A stretch of 64,000 bases of DNA from the NCBI GenBank assembly GCA_963725235.1, contig CAVRXN010000003.1, positions 139,204 to 203,203 on the forward strand, read 5' to 3'. Positions 21,387-30,301 of the stretch are shown here, piece by piece. Position 1 is the stretch's first letter, and each line of letters starts with the position of its first letter. Under the pieces are notes generated by a model, which saw nothing but the letters and a program-made list of their open reading frames with translations, had not been told where the DNA came from and did no database searches. Source of the stretch: an uncultured bacterium (GTDB taxonomy: Bacteria > Patescibacteriota > Minisyncoccia > UBA6257 > 2-01-FULL-56-20). The position numbers and the translations under genes were made by a program.

Positions 21387-22113
21387 TATGATGCTCGATT
21401 AAATATTCCTCAACATTCCGCAGTCGTTCGGCGTCATCAATACCGCGGGAATACTCATCCGAGGTATAGCCATAAAAGTGATTACCATCGTCCATGGCGG
21501 CAGGGATGATCTGTCGGTTTAATTTTGTTGGCTCGTTATCGCGTATATATGAAAAGATTTTCTTATCGAGGATGAACGCACCAAGCGTCGAGTGGGCATC
21601 CGGGTACGCTTGCGCATGAGGACGCAAACGCATAATTGCGAAACGCCCATTAGTATCGAGTTCAACCATATCATCATTGGCATATCCATGTTTCCTGCCC
21701 ACACGCTCCATACCCACCATTTTGGGGTCGATGGCGGCCTTCTCTTCGTATGCCTTCGTCATCTGAGTATAATCAATCAACGATAATATATCGCCGTATA
21801 TATAATAAAATGTTTGATCGAGACGCGGCGAACATTTTTTAATGGCACCCGCTTCTCCGAGCGGCTGCTCTTCTATAAAATATTCGATCCTCACTCCAAA
21901 CTTCGACCCGTCACCGAAATAATCCATGATGGCATGCGGAAGACAATGAAGAGTTATCAAAAATTCCATGATACCGTGCTTCTTAAATTGCTCGATACTC
22001 CATTCGAGCATCGGTTTGCCAAGCACCGGGATCATCGGCTTCGGCATCGTATCGGTATACGGCTTGAACCGAGTCCCAAAACCTCCGGCAGAAATAACAG
22101 CTTGTTTGATCAT
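21364..22113 (-). CDS. sugar-1-phosphate nucleotidylyltransferase (HddC/ManC-like guanylyltransferase candidate)
   Basis: AVISAGGFGTRFKPYTDTMPKPMIPVLGKPML (GxGTRxxPxTxxxPKP motif). Confidence 0.8.
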   Translation of the reverse strand: MIKQAVISAGGFGTRFKPYTDTMPKPMIPVLGKPMLEWSIEQFKKHGIMEFLITLHCLPHAIMDYFGDGSKFGVRIEYFIEEQPLGEAGAIKKCSPRLDQTFYYIYGDILSLIDYTQMTKAYEEKAAIDPKMVGMERVGRKHGYANDDMVELDTNGRFAIMRLRPHAQAYPDAHSTLGAFILDKKIFSYIRDNEPTKLNRQIIPAAMDDGNHFYGYTSDEYSRGIDDAERLRNVEEYLIEHHITPPSAG

Positions 22114-22161
22114 CGCGGTATTGTTGAGCTTATCACAAAACGATTTTTCTCAGAATATATT

Positions 22162-22190
22162 GACAAAAAGTGATAAATGAGTTAAACTTA
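22162..22190 (+). promoter_or_regulatory. sigma70-like promoter (TTGACA-17-TAAACT)
   Basis: Lies in the divergent region between the nucleotidyltransferase and the HIT-like gene. AAGGGGG Shine-Dalgarno 7 nt upstream of ATG 22227. Confidence 0.45.
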
Positions 22191-22226
22191 TCCCGGCTCT
22201 AAATAATCTAACCAAGGGGGTGTTTC

Positions 22227-23135
22227 ATGATCGACCACGACGGCAACATTATGCACGTATATCCGGGAGGAATCGTAACCATCGCCGGGGCAAAAAAGAC
22301 AATGCCCGCAAGTTTCAGCAGGCCCTGGCAAGCAAAGGTTCCCTACCCCAATCCAAAATGTCCGTACCACAAACCCGAAGAACGCGAGCAAGCATTGTTA
22401 ACCGAGGTCGACACCGAAGGAGAGCAATGGTTTGTCATTGACAGCTTATATGCTCCGGAACGACCACATCGTCTTATTGTCCCAGACCATTGCTGGAACG
22501 ACGAAAAAATGCGTCATCTCGGCGGACAGGAAAAAATCCAAGCAGGGATTGGCATGGCAAGCGGGCAGTTCAAACGCGAGCTACCAAACGATCGTTCCAA
22601 GCTCTGGGGGTTATCGGTGCAAATTGGTCCATTGGCGGCGCAAAATGTTCCGCATTGCCATTACCATCTGTACAAGCCTGCGCTCCATGAAGTCATCGGC
22701 CGTGATGCCCGAATCAGCGAAGCTTGCTACAAAACGCCAATCGAAAAAGCTGACATCCGCAAGAATTGCGAGGTCGTCGTCTTCGATGATCGTTACGGAT
22801 TCAGCGCAATCACCGGCGGACAATACACCGGCCAACTCTTTATGTTTCCGAACAGAGAAATGGATTTCGGCGACTGGATATGCGTTGATAATATCGTGAT
22901 GCTCATCCATGAAATCGTCGAACTCTACGCGAAGAAATTCCGTAGCGTCGAGGGTCTCATTCCCGATTACCGTTGGGAATTTGAGATCTTTGACGGCAAA
23001 ATCAACTTTGGCATCTTCGTACCCAAACTCAACAACACCGGCACGATCGAAGATATGGCGGTGATGGATCGGCGGCGCGGCTTCCATTTGCTCTGGAGTC
23101 ACGAAGAAACCGCGCGCTATCTTCGCGGCGATTAG
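22227..23135 (+). CDS. HIT-superfamily / GalT-like nucleotidyl transferase or phosphorylase of unknown specificity
   Basis: 302 aa. Histidine triad-like NVPHCHYHLY (22653-22667), preceded by QIGPLAAQ, as in the xNxGxxAGxSxxHxHxQ/H segment of GalT/Apa-type enzymes. N-terminal KCPYHKPEE. Confidence 0.5.
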   Translation: MIDHDGNIMHVYPGGIVTIAGAKKTMPASFSRPWQAKVPYPNPKCPYHKPEEREQALLTEVDTEGEQWFVIDSLYAPERPHRLIVPDHCWNDEKMRHLGGQEKIQAGIGMASGQFKRELPNDRSKLWGLSVQIGPLAAQNVPHCHYHLYKPALHEVIGRDARISEACYKTPIEKADIRKNCEVVVFDDRYGFSAITGGQYTGQLFMFPNREMDFGDWICVDNIVMLIHEIVELYAKKFRSVEGLIPDYRWEFEIFDGKINFGIFVPKLNNTGTIEDMAVMDRRRGFHLLWSHEETARYLRGD

Positions 23136-23164
23136 ATCAAATTAAATTAGTTCAACAACAAAAC

Positions 23165-23196
23165 GGCCGCTCCGAATTCTGGGGCGGCCTCTTTTA
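23165..23196. terminator. bidirectional terminator-like hairpin between convergent genes
   Basis: AAAAC-GGCCGCTCC-GAATTCT-GGGGCGGCC-TCTTTTAT. Confidence 0.55.
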
Positions 23197-23814
23197 TATC
23201 TGTACAGACTTATTGATGAACTGCATCGCTGCCTCAATATTCGGGACGAAAATATTCGGCTTAGCATCAGGAAAAAAATTATCGTCACTGCTCGCTCCAC
23301 CGCTCATAACAAGTATAGTCCGAAGATGTGCGCGCTTGCCGATTTCGACATCGCGCAGGCGATCTCCGACGAACCAGCTTTGTTCAATATCGATCGGCGT
23401 GCCCGCCGTGGCAAAATCGGATTCAGCGTCTTCGATCAATTTTGTTCCCGGCTTCCGACACGCACACTGCGGAACCGGATCGCCGGGCGGCCGATATCTA
23501 TGCGGGCAAGTATAGATGCGGTCGAGGTGAGCGCCAAAAGCTTGGAGTTGTCGTGAAAGCTCGGCATGAACCGCAGCGAGCTGCTGTTCCGTTATCAACC
23601 CTTTCTCCATGGCTGGCTGGTTCGTAATGCCAATAACAATATATCCCCGACGGTTCAGTTCAGCGATTGCTTTGCCGGCGCCAGGCAATAACTTGACCTG
23701 GGCCGGATCATTGAGGACTTCGATCTGTCCAATGATGGTCCCATCCCGATCAAGAAAAACAGCCGGATGCTTTTTTACGCCGCGCGGCGGCCGCTTTACT
23801 TCGTGCTTTCCCAT
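23194..23814 (-). CDS. gmhB: D,D-heptose 1,7-bisphosphate phosphatase (HAD-IIIA)
   Basis: FLDRDGTI, GITNQP, Zn-loop CPHRYRPPGDPVPQCACRKP and GDRLRDVE. Confidence 0.85.
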   Translation of the reverse strand: MGKHEVKRPPRGVKKHPAVFLDRDGTIIGQIEVLNDPAQVKLLPGAGKAIAELNRRGYIVIGITNQPAMEKGLITEQQLAAVHAELSRQLQAFGAHLDRIYTCPHRYRPPGDPVPQCACRKPGTKLIEDAESDFATAGTPIDIEQSWFVGDRLRDVEIGKRAHLRTILVMSGGASSDDNFFPDAKPNIFVPNIEAAMQFINKSVQI

Positions 23815-24398
23815 TTCCCTTTTTGCAGCTGAAACTTCGGATGTGAAACGATCAGGTGCCAGACAACCGCTTGGAACGCTTCTGTTTGTGGCGTGACGTT
23901 TTCCGGATGGACGACGGGTATGACGACGCAGGCGTCAGCAACCTGCTTCGTGTGCCCGCCGTCACGTCCGACAACGCCAAGAATTTTCGCCCCCGCAGCT
24001 TTCGTAAATTTTAGCGCCTCTACGATGCTTACGCTGATATTTTTTTCGGCGTTTCCGCCACCGACGGAAAAAACCAGCACCGCGTCGGCCGGCTTTAATT
24101 TGCTTCCGGCGAGCCAATTCGAAAAAATAGTATGTAAACCATCATCATTCGCCCGCGCCGTCAGTTCGGATACATTGTCGCTCGGGGCATAGGCCTCGAT
24201 ACCAGCCAACTTGCGAAAATCGTTTACGGCATGGCTCGCGTGACCCGCGCCGCCACCGACGCCGATGATAAACAAACGACCGCCGTCATCCCGAACTTTT
24301 TTTAAAATTTCGATCATCCGCGCGATCTCATTGCGGTCGAGTTTATCGGCAATAACTTTTACTTCGTCGAGATATGAATTTATATAATCTGCGTACAT
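23796..24398 (-). CDS. gmhA: SIS-domain sedoheptulose-7-phosphate isomerase
   Basis: GRLFIIGVGGGAGHASHAVNDF and VFSVGGGN. 200 aa. Sits in an operon with a GHMP kinase and GmhB. Confidence 0.8.
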   Translation of the reverse strand: MYADYINSYLDEVKVIADKLDRNEIARMIEILKKVRDDGGRLFIIGVGGGAGHASHAVNDFRKLAGIEAYAPSDNVSELTARANDDGLHTIFSNWLAGSKLKPADAVLVFSVGGGNAEKNISVSIVEALKFTKAAGAKILGVVGRDGGHTKQVADACVVIPVVHPENVTPQTEAFQAVVWHLIVSHPKFQLQKGKWESTK

Positions 24399-24415
24399 TT
24401 TATTTTAATAATTTT

Positions 24416-25162
24416 TTAATACAGTGTATATCCAACCTTTTGCCCATCGTCATAAAACATTTGTACCGTTTCGCGCGACAGCTCATTCAAATCGTACCCG
24501 ATCTTTTCACCTTTTTTTAATATCTCCGGCGTGACGGTAATGATGTCAGCGCCGACCGCATCCGCCTGATAGATATTATACAATTCGCGCGGACTTGCCC
24601 AGAGGAGCTCATGTTCCGGATGCGCAGCAAGGAGCTTCTTGCACTCTTGCATCAGCGGCACAGGATCGACGCCGGTGTCAGCAATCCGACCCGCGAAAAC
24701 CGAAACAATCGCCAGAACGCCCGACGTAAGGGCCGCTTCCGTTTCCGCAACCTGCGCCGCAGTCAAAATTGCCGTTACATTTAATTTTATACCTTCGGCA
24801 GCGAGCTTTTTAATCAACGGCGCCGACGATTCGCGCTTCGTGTTCGTAATCGGAATTTTTACATAGACATTCGACGCCCACGCCGCAATAATCCGCGCCT
24901 GCCGCTCCATTTCCGTAAAATCATCCGAAAAAACTTCGAACGAAATCGGCTTGTCTTTTATTTCCGCGAGGATTTCGCGCGCGAATCCGGCATAATCCGT
25001 CACACCCGCTTTCCGCATCAGCGTTGGGTTTGTCGTAAAACCTTTAACGAGCGGATCGCTCGCCGCGACAATCATGCTCGCCTTCTCGGCGCCGTCGGCA
25101 AAGATTTTGATCCGCAATTCTTTAAATAGTTTCGGAGACATAGTCGGCAAAATATTAAGCAT
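24416..25162 (-). CDS. transaldolase / fructose-6-phosphate aldolase family protein
   Basis: FADGA...GFTTNPTLM, Schiff-base lysine context NVYVKIPIT, and VSVFAGRIADTG. Confidence 0.8.
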   Translation of the reverse strand: MLNILPTMSPKLFKELRIKIFADGAEKASMIVAASDPLVKGFTTNPTLMRKAGVTDYAGFAREILAEIKDKPISFEVFSDDFTEMERQARIIAAWASNVYVKIPITNTKRESSAPLIKKLAAEGIKLNVTAILTAAQVAETEAALTSGVLAIVSVFAGRIADTGVDPVPLMQECKKLLAAHPEHELLWASPRELYNIYQADAVGADIITVTPEILKKGEKIGYDLNELSRETVQMFYDDGQKVGYTLY

Positions 25163-26141
25163 TCATTAAAACTTTCGACCCGTCGAAGTCGAACCGATAG
25201 CGCATTTCGCGAATACCGAACTCACGCATTGTCGCGCGAAACCGTTGATGGTCGCCCGGAACATAGAACGTAAAGAATCCACCGCCGCCTGCTCCGGAAA
25301 TTTTCCCGCCGAGCGCGCCGGCCGACAAAGCCGCATCATAAATTTTATCGAACTCCGGATTCGACATCTTCGTCGAAATCTTTTTCTTGTGTTGCCAATG
25401 AGAATTGAACGCGCGCCCAACCGCATCGAGATCCCCCGATTCAACCGATTCCAAAATTTCGTGACCAAGCTCTTTTATATAATGCATGCTATCGACGACA
25501 TCTTTTTTATCCGTCGCCGCACCCGTGCTCTGCTCCTGCAAAATAACATCGGCACTCCGCGTCACGCCCGTAAAAAATACCAACATATTGCGATTCAGCT
25601 CATCCGCAACCTCCGTCGAAACATTTGCCTTACGGACAGAAACTTTGCCATCGCAGGCAATATCAAGAACAGTCAGCCCGCCAAATGCGGCCATATACGG
25701 ATCCTGCTTTCCAACCGGACGCTTTAGAATGTTTGCTTCAATATGAAAATCTTCCTCGGCGAGTTGGAGCAAACCAACATGTTCCCGTTTCATCGCGTGG
25801 ATCGCATGCAGTAATCCGACCGCGTAGCAACTTGACGAACCGAGACCACTGCCAGCCGGCAAGTCGCCCACCGAATTGATATCGATATTATTTTCAATAC
25901 CCGTCGAAAGCAGTATCTCCCGCGCAACCGCGTGCTGCAACTCCGTCGACCGCACAACGCGTTCAAGCTGCGAATATTTAAGCGTGACCATATCGTCGAG
26001 CACCGGCCGGTTGACCGTTATCGTCATGTATTTATCGATGCCTGCGGCAAAGATAAACCCGCCATGCTTTTCATAATACGATGCCAAATCGGTGCCGCCG
26101 CCACCGAGGGTGATCCTGAAAGGGGTGCGAGTGATGACCAT
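25155..26141 (-). CDS. hddA: GHMP kinase (D-glycero-alpha-D-manno-heptose 7-phosphate kinase HddA-like)
   Basis: ITLGGGGTDL and GHMP motif PAGSGLGSSSCYAVG. 328 aa. Confidence 0.8.
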   Translation of the reverse strand: MVITRTPFRITLGGGGTDLASYYEKHGGFIFAAGIDKYMTITVNRPVLDDMVTLKYSQLERVVRSTELQHAVAREILLSTGIENNIDINSVGDLPAGSGLGSSSCYAVGLLHAIHAMKREHVGLLQLAEEDFHIEANILKRPVGKQDPYMAAFGGLTVLDIACDGKVSVRKANVSTEVADELNRNMLVFFTGVTRSADVILQEQSTGAATDKKDVVDSMHYIKELGHEILESVESGDLDAVGRAFNSHWQHKKKISTKMSNPEFDKIYDAALSAGALGGKISGAGGGGFFTFYVPGDHQRFRATMREFGIREMRYRFDFDGSKVLMNA

Positions 26142-26182
26142 CCGCTTATCGTAGCGCGATGGAACAGAAATGTAAAATGATG

Positions 26183-26989
26183 TTACTGCGAGAAGAAGTA
26201 GTTCCGAAACGTTTTGTCACCACTGTCTTTTGGATTGCCTATTTCTTGGCGCTTATAGCCAAGATCACTAAAAACTTTTAAAAACCAGTCCGGATCTACG
26301 CCGGTTACCCGCAAGCTTGCAGCACGATATTCGGTAACAACAGAAGGTTTCCATTTTTTGAGCGTTTCAAACATCCCCTGCAAGGCCAACCCTTCCGCTC
26401 CCTCAATATCCATTTTTATAAAATCGACGCGACCTCCTTTAAGATAATCGTCAATGGTAATGGATGGAACCGAAACAACTTCTCGGACGCCATAATTACG
26501 AATCTCTTCTTCACCGTACACCATAGAATGCCCACCGCGATTTTCTTCCGCGATACGGAGTTCGACAGCTCCTGAGACATCCGATACTGCTATATTCACC
26601 GCAACAACATTTTCACAATCATTTGTTTGTATATTTTTTTTCAAAAGATCAAAATTTCTAGGTTCTGGCTCAAACGCATAAATTTGTTTGGCCCTTTTCG
26701 CTGCAAAAATAGTGTGATAGCCGATATTAGCGCCTATGTCCAAAACAATGGACGTTGGTTCGATATGCTTATTAATGATTGCGGTAATATCGGGCTCATA
26801 TGGGGTAATGGTTAACGCAAGAGAATCTAAGGGGTCGATATAAAAGGTTAAACCGTCCACGATAACCATGTTGGGATGCCCCGATTTAAAGTATTGATTC
26901 AAGATGCCAACCAACTTCGCAGTGAAAGGATTTTTTGAAAGACCGAGGCCACGCAATGGGGATATTAGTTTATAGAATATCCTTTTCAT
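26183..26989 (-). CDS. FkbM family methyltransferase
   Basis: VLDIGANIGYHTIFAAK...YAFEPEPRNF...FIKMDIEGAEGLAL. Confidence 0.8.
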   Translation of the reverse strand: MKRIFYKLISPLRGLGLSKNPFTAKLVGILNQYFKSGHPNMVIVDGLTFYIDPLDSLALTITPYEPDITAIINKHIEPTSIVLDIGANIGYHTIFAAKRAKQIYAFEPEPRNFDLLKKNIQTNDCENVVAVNIAVSDVSGAVELRIAEENRGGHSMVYGEEEIRNYGVREVVSVPSITIDDYLKGGRVDFIKMDIEGAEGLALQGMFETLKKWKPSVVTEYRAASLRVTGVDPDWFLKVFSDLGYKRQEIGNPKDSGDKTFRNYFFSQ

Positions 26990-27849
26990 TGAAATAGCTT
27001 CTGTGAAGTTTTATGGACAAAAATGAGATTATAAGCGATCTTCTTTTCGGCGGCACCTGGATCGGCGAAAAAATCCCGATCTAATAACCGCCATCGCGTG
27101 TGTTCATCCGAACCATACACCTCATATCCAGCCTCCCAAAATAAATTCAGAGTATCCGCATAATGGGGATTATACGACCTACCCTCGGGCTGGTTGATGG
27201 CGTAGACCAATTCAATCATCCAAATCGGCTTCGGATCAGAAACAAGTAACTGCCGCGCGCCTTTCAATAAACCATACTCCGCACCCTCAACATCGACCAG
27301 AATAAAAATCTTCTTCCCAGCTAATCGATTGCCGATCGCTCGATCAAGCGAGGATACCGGCACAAGCGTCGATGATTTTGAGGAAAATCCAGCCCATCCT
27401 TTTACAAGCGACGCGCCCATCCCGCCGCCATAGAATTCGAGTATTCCCGGCTTATCCGACAGCGCCACCGGAAATACTTCGGCACGATCCTGCCAGCCAT
27501 TTAGGGAAATGTTTTTTAAAAGGATCGCGAGATTTGACGGCATTGGTTCGAACGCAATAAGTCGTTTGCCGGCGTTCAGCGCCTGCAAACAATAATAACC
27601 GACATGCGCCCCAGCATCGATCACAACATCGACATCCTCGATCAGCTTATTAAAGATATCCACCTCGCCCGGTTCGAATTCGCCGCGCTGCATCAGGTCG
27701 TCGCCAATCATCTTGAACCCAAACGGGGTCACGACCGCTCCCCGTCGAGCCAGACGCTTATTACGCACGCTGCGATAAATCGTCGGGACGAACGGAATTT
27801 TTTTAATGATTTTTTTGATAGTACTCATGTAAAATAATATATCACTCAC
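26986..27849 (-). CDS. FkbM family methyltransferase
   Basis: VIDAGAHVGYYCLQA...IAFEPMPSNL...LVDVEGAEYGLL. ATGA overlaps with both neighbours. Confidence 0.8.
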   Translation of the reverse strand: MSDILFYMSTIKKIIKKIPFVPTIYRSVRNKRLARRGAVVTPFGFKMIGDDLMQRGEFEPGEVDIFNKLIEDVDVVIDAGAHVGYYCLQALNAGKRLIAFEPMPSNLAILLKNISLNGWQDRAEVFPVALSDKPGILEFYGGGMGASLVKGWAGFSSKSSTLVPVSSLDRAIGNRLAGKKIFILVDVEGAEYGLLKGARQLLVSDPKPIWMIELVYAINQPEGRSYNPHYADTLNLFWEAGYEVYGSDEHTRWRLLDRDFFADPGAAEKKIAYNLIFVHKTSQKLFQ

Positions 27850-28709
27850 ATATTCCGCTTAATGGCCGACAACCATCCTTGGAAATATTTTCGGATGCCG
27901 ATCGGGAGAAAAGTATAAACATACTGTCCGAAATTCAAAATATATCCATACAAAAAATTCGGATACTCACGGCGATGCGCGACGATAAACTGCAAAATGC
28001 ATTTTGTTTGGGCGCGCTGATGGATAAACGATTTATTCAGATCATTCATCGTATATGCCGTGAAATATTCGGGAAAATTGTAAAGCTTGCCACGCGTTCC
28101 CATCGACAGCCAAAGATCCCAATCCTCGGCATAGCGCGCTTTATAGCCGCCGAATTCGCGGGCAGTATCGCGGCGGAACATGACCGTTGTATGCGAAAAC
28201 GGATTTGCAGCGAGCGCGGTGCGCCGGATCTCTTCATCGGTCTCTTTTTTAAAATAACGATAGCGCTCTTTGTCGTTGCCATCGACGACGATGACACCGC
28301 CGCCCACGACGACATAGTCGGGATGCGTATCCAAAAATCGCACCTGCTTCGCAAGCTTGTCGGAATCGAGCCATGCATCATCATCATCAAGCCGGGCAAT
28401 GTATCTCCCGTGAGCGGCCTCAAGCCCTTGGTTCAATACTTTCGTAATGCCAACAAGCGCATATTCACTGTGATCGTTGCGAATGATCTTAATCCGCGAG
28501 TCGCGGCGGACAAAATCTGCAAGAACTTCGGCCGTGCCATCGGTCGAGGTATCATCAACGACAATCATCTCCCAATCCTTGAATGTCTGTTCAAATGTCG
28601 ACTCGATCGCGCGGCGCAGTGAAGCAGCCCGGTTGTAGGTCGGGAGGAGAATAGTGACAGCAGGGTTGCCTACGTGAGCCGATTTCTCTGTATCCATCGA
28701 TGTAACCAT
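27846..28709 (-). CDS. GT2 family glycosyltransferase
   Basis: VTILLPTYNRAASLRRAIES...VVDDTSTDGT...DDDDAW. Start uncertain (ATG 28709 or 28697; the ORF extends to 28748). Confidence 0.8.
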   Translation of the reverse strand: MVTSMDTEKSAHVGNPAVTILLPTYNRAASLRRAIESTFEQTFKDWEMIVVDDTSTDGTAEVLADFVRRDSRIKIIRNDHSEYALVGITKVLNQGLEAAHGRYIARLDDDDAWLDSDKLAKQVRFLDTHPDYVVVGGGVIVVDGNDKERYRYFKKETDEEIRRTALAANPFSHTTVMFRRDTAREFGGYKARYAEDWDLWLSMGTRGKLYNFPEYFTAYTMNDLNKSFIHQRAQTKCILQFIVAHRREYPNFLYGYILNFGQYVYTFLPIGIRKYFQGWLSAIKRNM

Positions 28710-29536
28710 TGTAATGGAAGAAAGTGATTTCCGACAGAAGTATACCAAAACAATACCCTATGGCGAAAGATTGCACGATCGATCCTGACCCGCCGCCGCT
28801 CTTCCAGCGACATAACAGCGCGAAGTTCATTTAAAATACCCAGATTGATCTTCCGCTCTTCCATCTTCGCAGTCCAACTATAAGACATACTGTCCGCGTG
28901 AATTCTAAGCTTCCCGAGTATGTCCGGAATAAAACAGAATTGCGCGCCCTGATGTGTCAGCCGCAACCAATATTCCCAATCTTCCGAACGTCGAAGATTT
29001 TCATTAAAAAATCCCGCCCGGTCGATAACGCTTCGCCGAAGCATGACATTTGAAGGTGCTATAAAATTTCGATTGAGTAAATGTGACAAAACCGCATCGC
29101 CGGAATAATAAGCGTAATTCAATTTTAATAAATCCTTCGGCTTACTATCGGTAAAATACCATGAAGGCGCATAGCAAACATCACACTTTGGATGCGCCAG
29201 AAAATATTCAACTTGCTTTGCAACCCGCTCCGGTAAAAATATATCATCCGCATCAAGCAAAGTTATAAATTCACCGCGAGCATGGCGGATCGCGACGTTG
29301 CGCGCGTTCGACAGGCCCTTGCCATCCTGGGCAAGATAGATGATAGTTTTTTTAGCAATATACGGTTCGAGAATTGCCATCGTACCGTCACCCGAATCGC
29401 GATGCGCGACAATGATTTCGATGTTTGTATAGGTCTGCGTCAACGCGGAATCGATTGCCTGTGCAATATAGTGCGCGGCGTTGTAGGCCGGGATAATAAT
29501 ACTAACGAGCGGTTTTCCCTCGGACGTTCCGGACAT
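28670..29536 (-). CDS. GT2 family glycosyltransferase
   Basis: VSIIIPAYNAAHYIAQAIDS...DGT...LDADDIF. Confidence 0.85.
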   Translation of the reverse strand: MSGTSEGKPLVSIIIPAYNAAHYIAQAIDSALTQTYTNIEIIVAHRDSGDGTMAILEPYIAKKTIIYLAQDGKGLSNARNVAIRHARGEFITLLDADDIFLPERVAKQVEYFLAHPKCDVCYAPSWYFTDSKPKDLLKLNYAYYSGDAVLSHLLNRNFIAPSNVMLRRSVIDRAGFFNENLRRSEDWEYWLRLTHQGAQFCFIPDILGKLRIHADSMSYSWTAKMEERKINLGILNELRAVMSLEERRRVRIDRAIFRHRVLFWYTSVGNHFLPLQWLHRWIQRNRLT

Positions 29537-30282
29537 TAAAATTTTTTATAATCATTCATCCAAACATCAAGCATCTGCTCCCCTTCCTTACCAACCAAAC
29601 TCAATGACAAAATTTCCCTCGCGACCACTTCATCATTAAACGCAATCGCACCGTTCTTTTTCGCCATCACCAAAATATTCGGAAGTTTATTGCCGCCATA
29701 TTTCTGGTAGAACCGTTCCGGCAAAATATTCCCGGCAATATTCAAAAACGGCGTGCGAAATCCTTCCGGCAACCGATCGAGCGCCTTCCCCACCTTCGGC
29801 AATTGTCCGGCATGCTTTGCAACGCCATTACCGTATAAACGAACAAGGACACCGTAAAATCCCATCTTTTTCAAAACGAACTGATATTTCTGCTTATCCC
29901 ACGCATCTTTATGATCAGCCCATCCTGCTTCCTGCGAACCAAACATATGGCGAGCAAGCTGGAAACGCCGTCGCGTAGAAAACGTCGAAAGATATGCCGC
30001 CGCACTCGCCGCGAAATCAGGCGTTTCAACGACCAACAATCCATCCGGCTTCAGCCAGCTCCGCCAGCGAGCGAGGAGCTTTAAAGATTCCGCACGGGAA
30101 AAATGTTCGAACAAATGATGGCTGCGAATTTCGTCGATCGAGTTTTCCGGATAGGTCAACGCATTCATACTTTCAATGAACACATCTGCTTTCGTATGAA
30201 TGATGCTCTGCTCCGTATCAGGAAAATCTATATTTACGTACCCCTCGAGATACTTCTCGCCGCAACCGAGATGAAGTTTCAT
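29536..30282 (-). CDS. class I SAM-dependent methyltransferase
   Basis: MKLHLGCGEKYLEGYVNID...HLFEHF...LKPDGLLVVETP. Confidence 0.7.
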   Translation of the reverse strand: MKLHLGCGEKYLEGYVNIDFPDTEQSIIHTKADVFIESMNALTYPENSIDEIRSHHLFEHFSRAESLKLLARWRSWLKPDGLLVVETPDFAASAAAYLSTFSTRRRFQLARHMFGSQEAGWADHKDAWDKQKYQFVLKKMGFYGVLVRLYGNGVAKHAGQLPKVGKALDRLPEGFRTPFLNIAGNILPERFYQKYGGNKLPNILVMAKKNGAIAFNDEVVAREILSLSLVGKEGEQMLDVWMNDYKKF

Positions 30283-30301
30283 CCTAGCAATTTACCATGT
30301 T

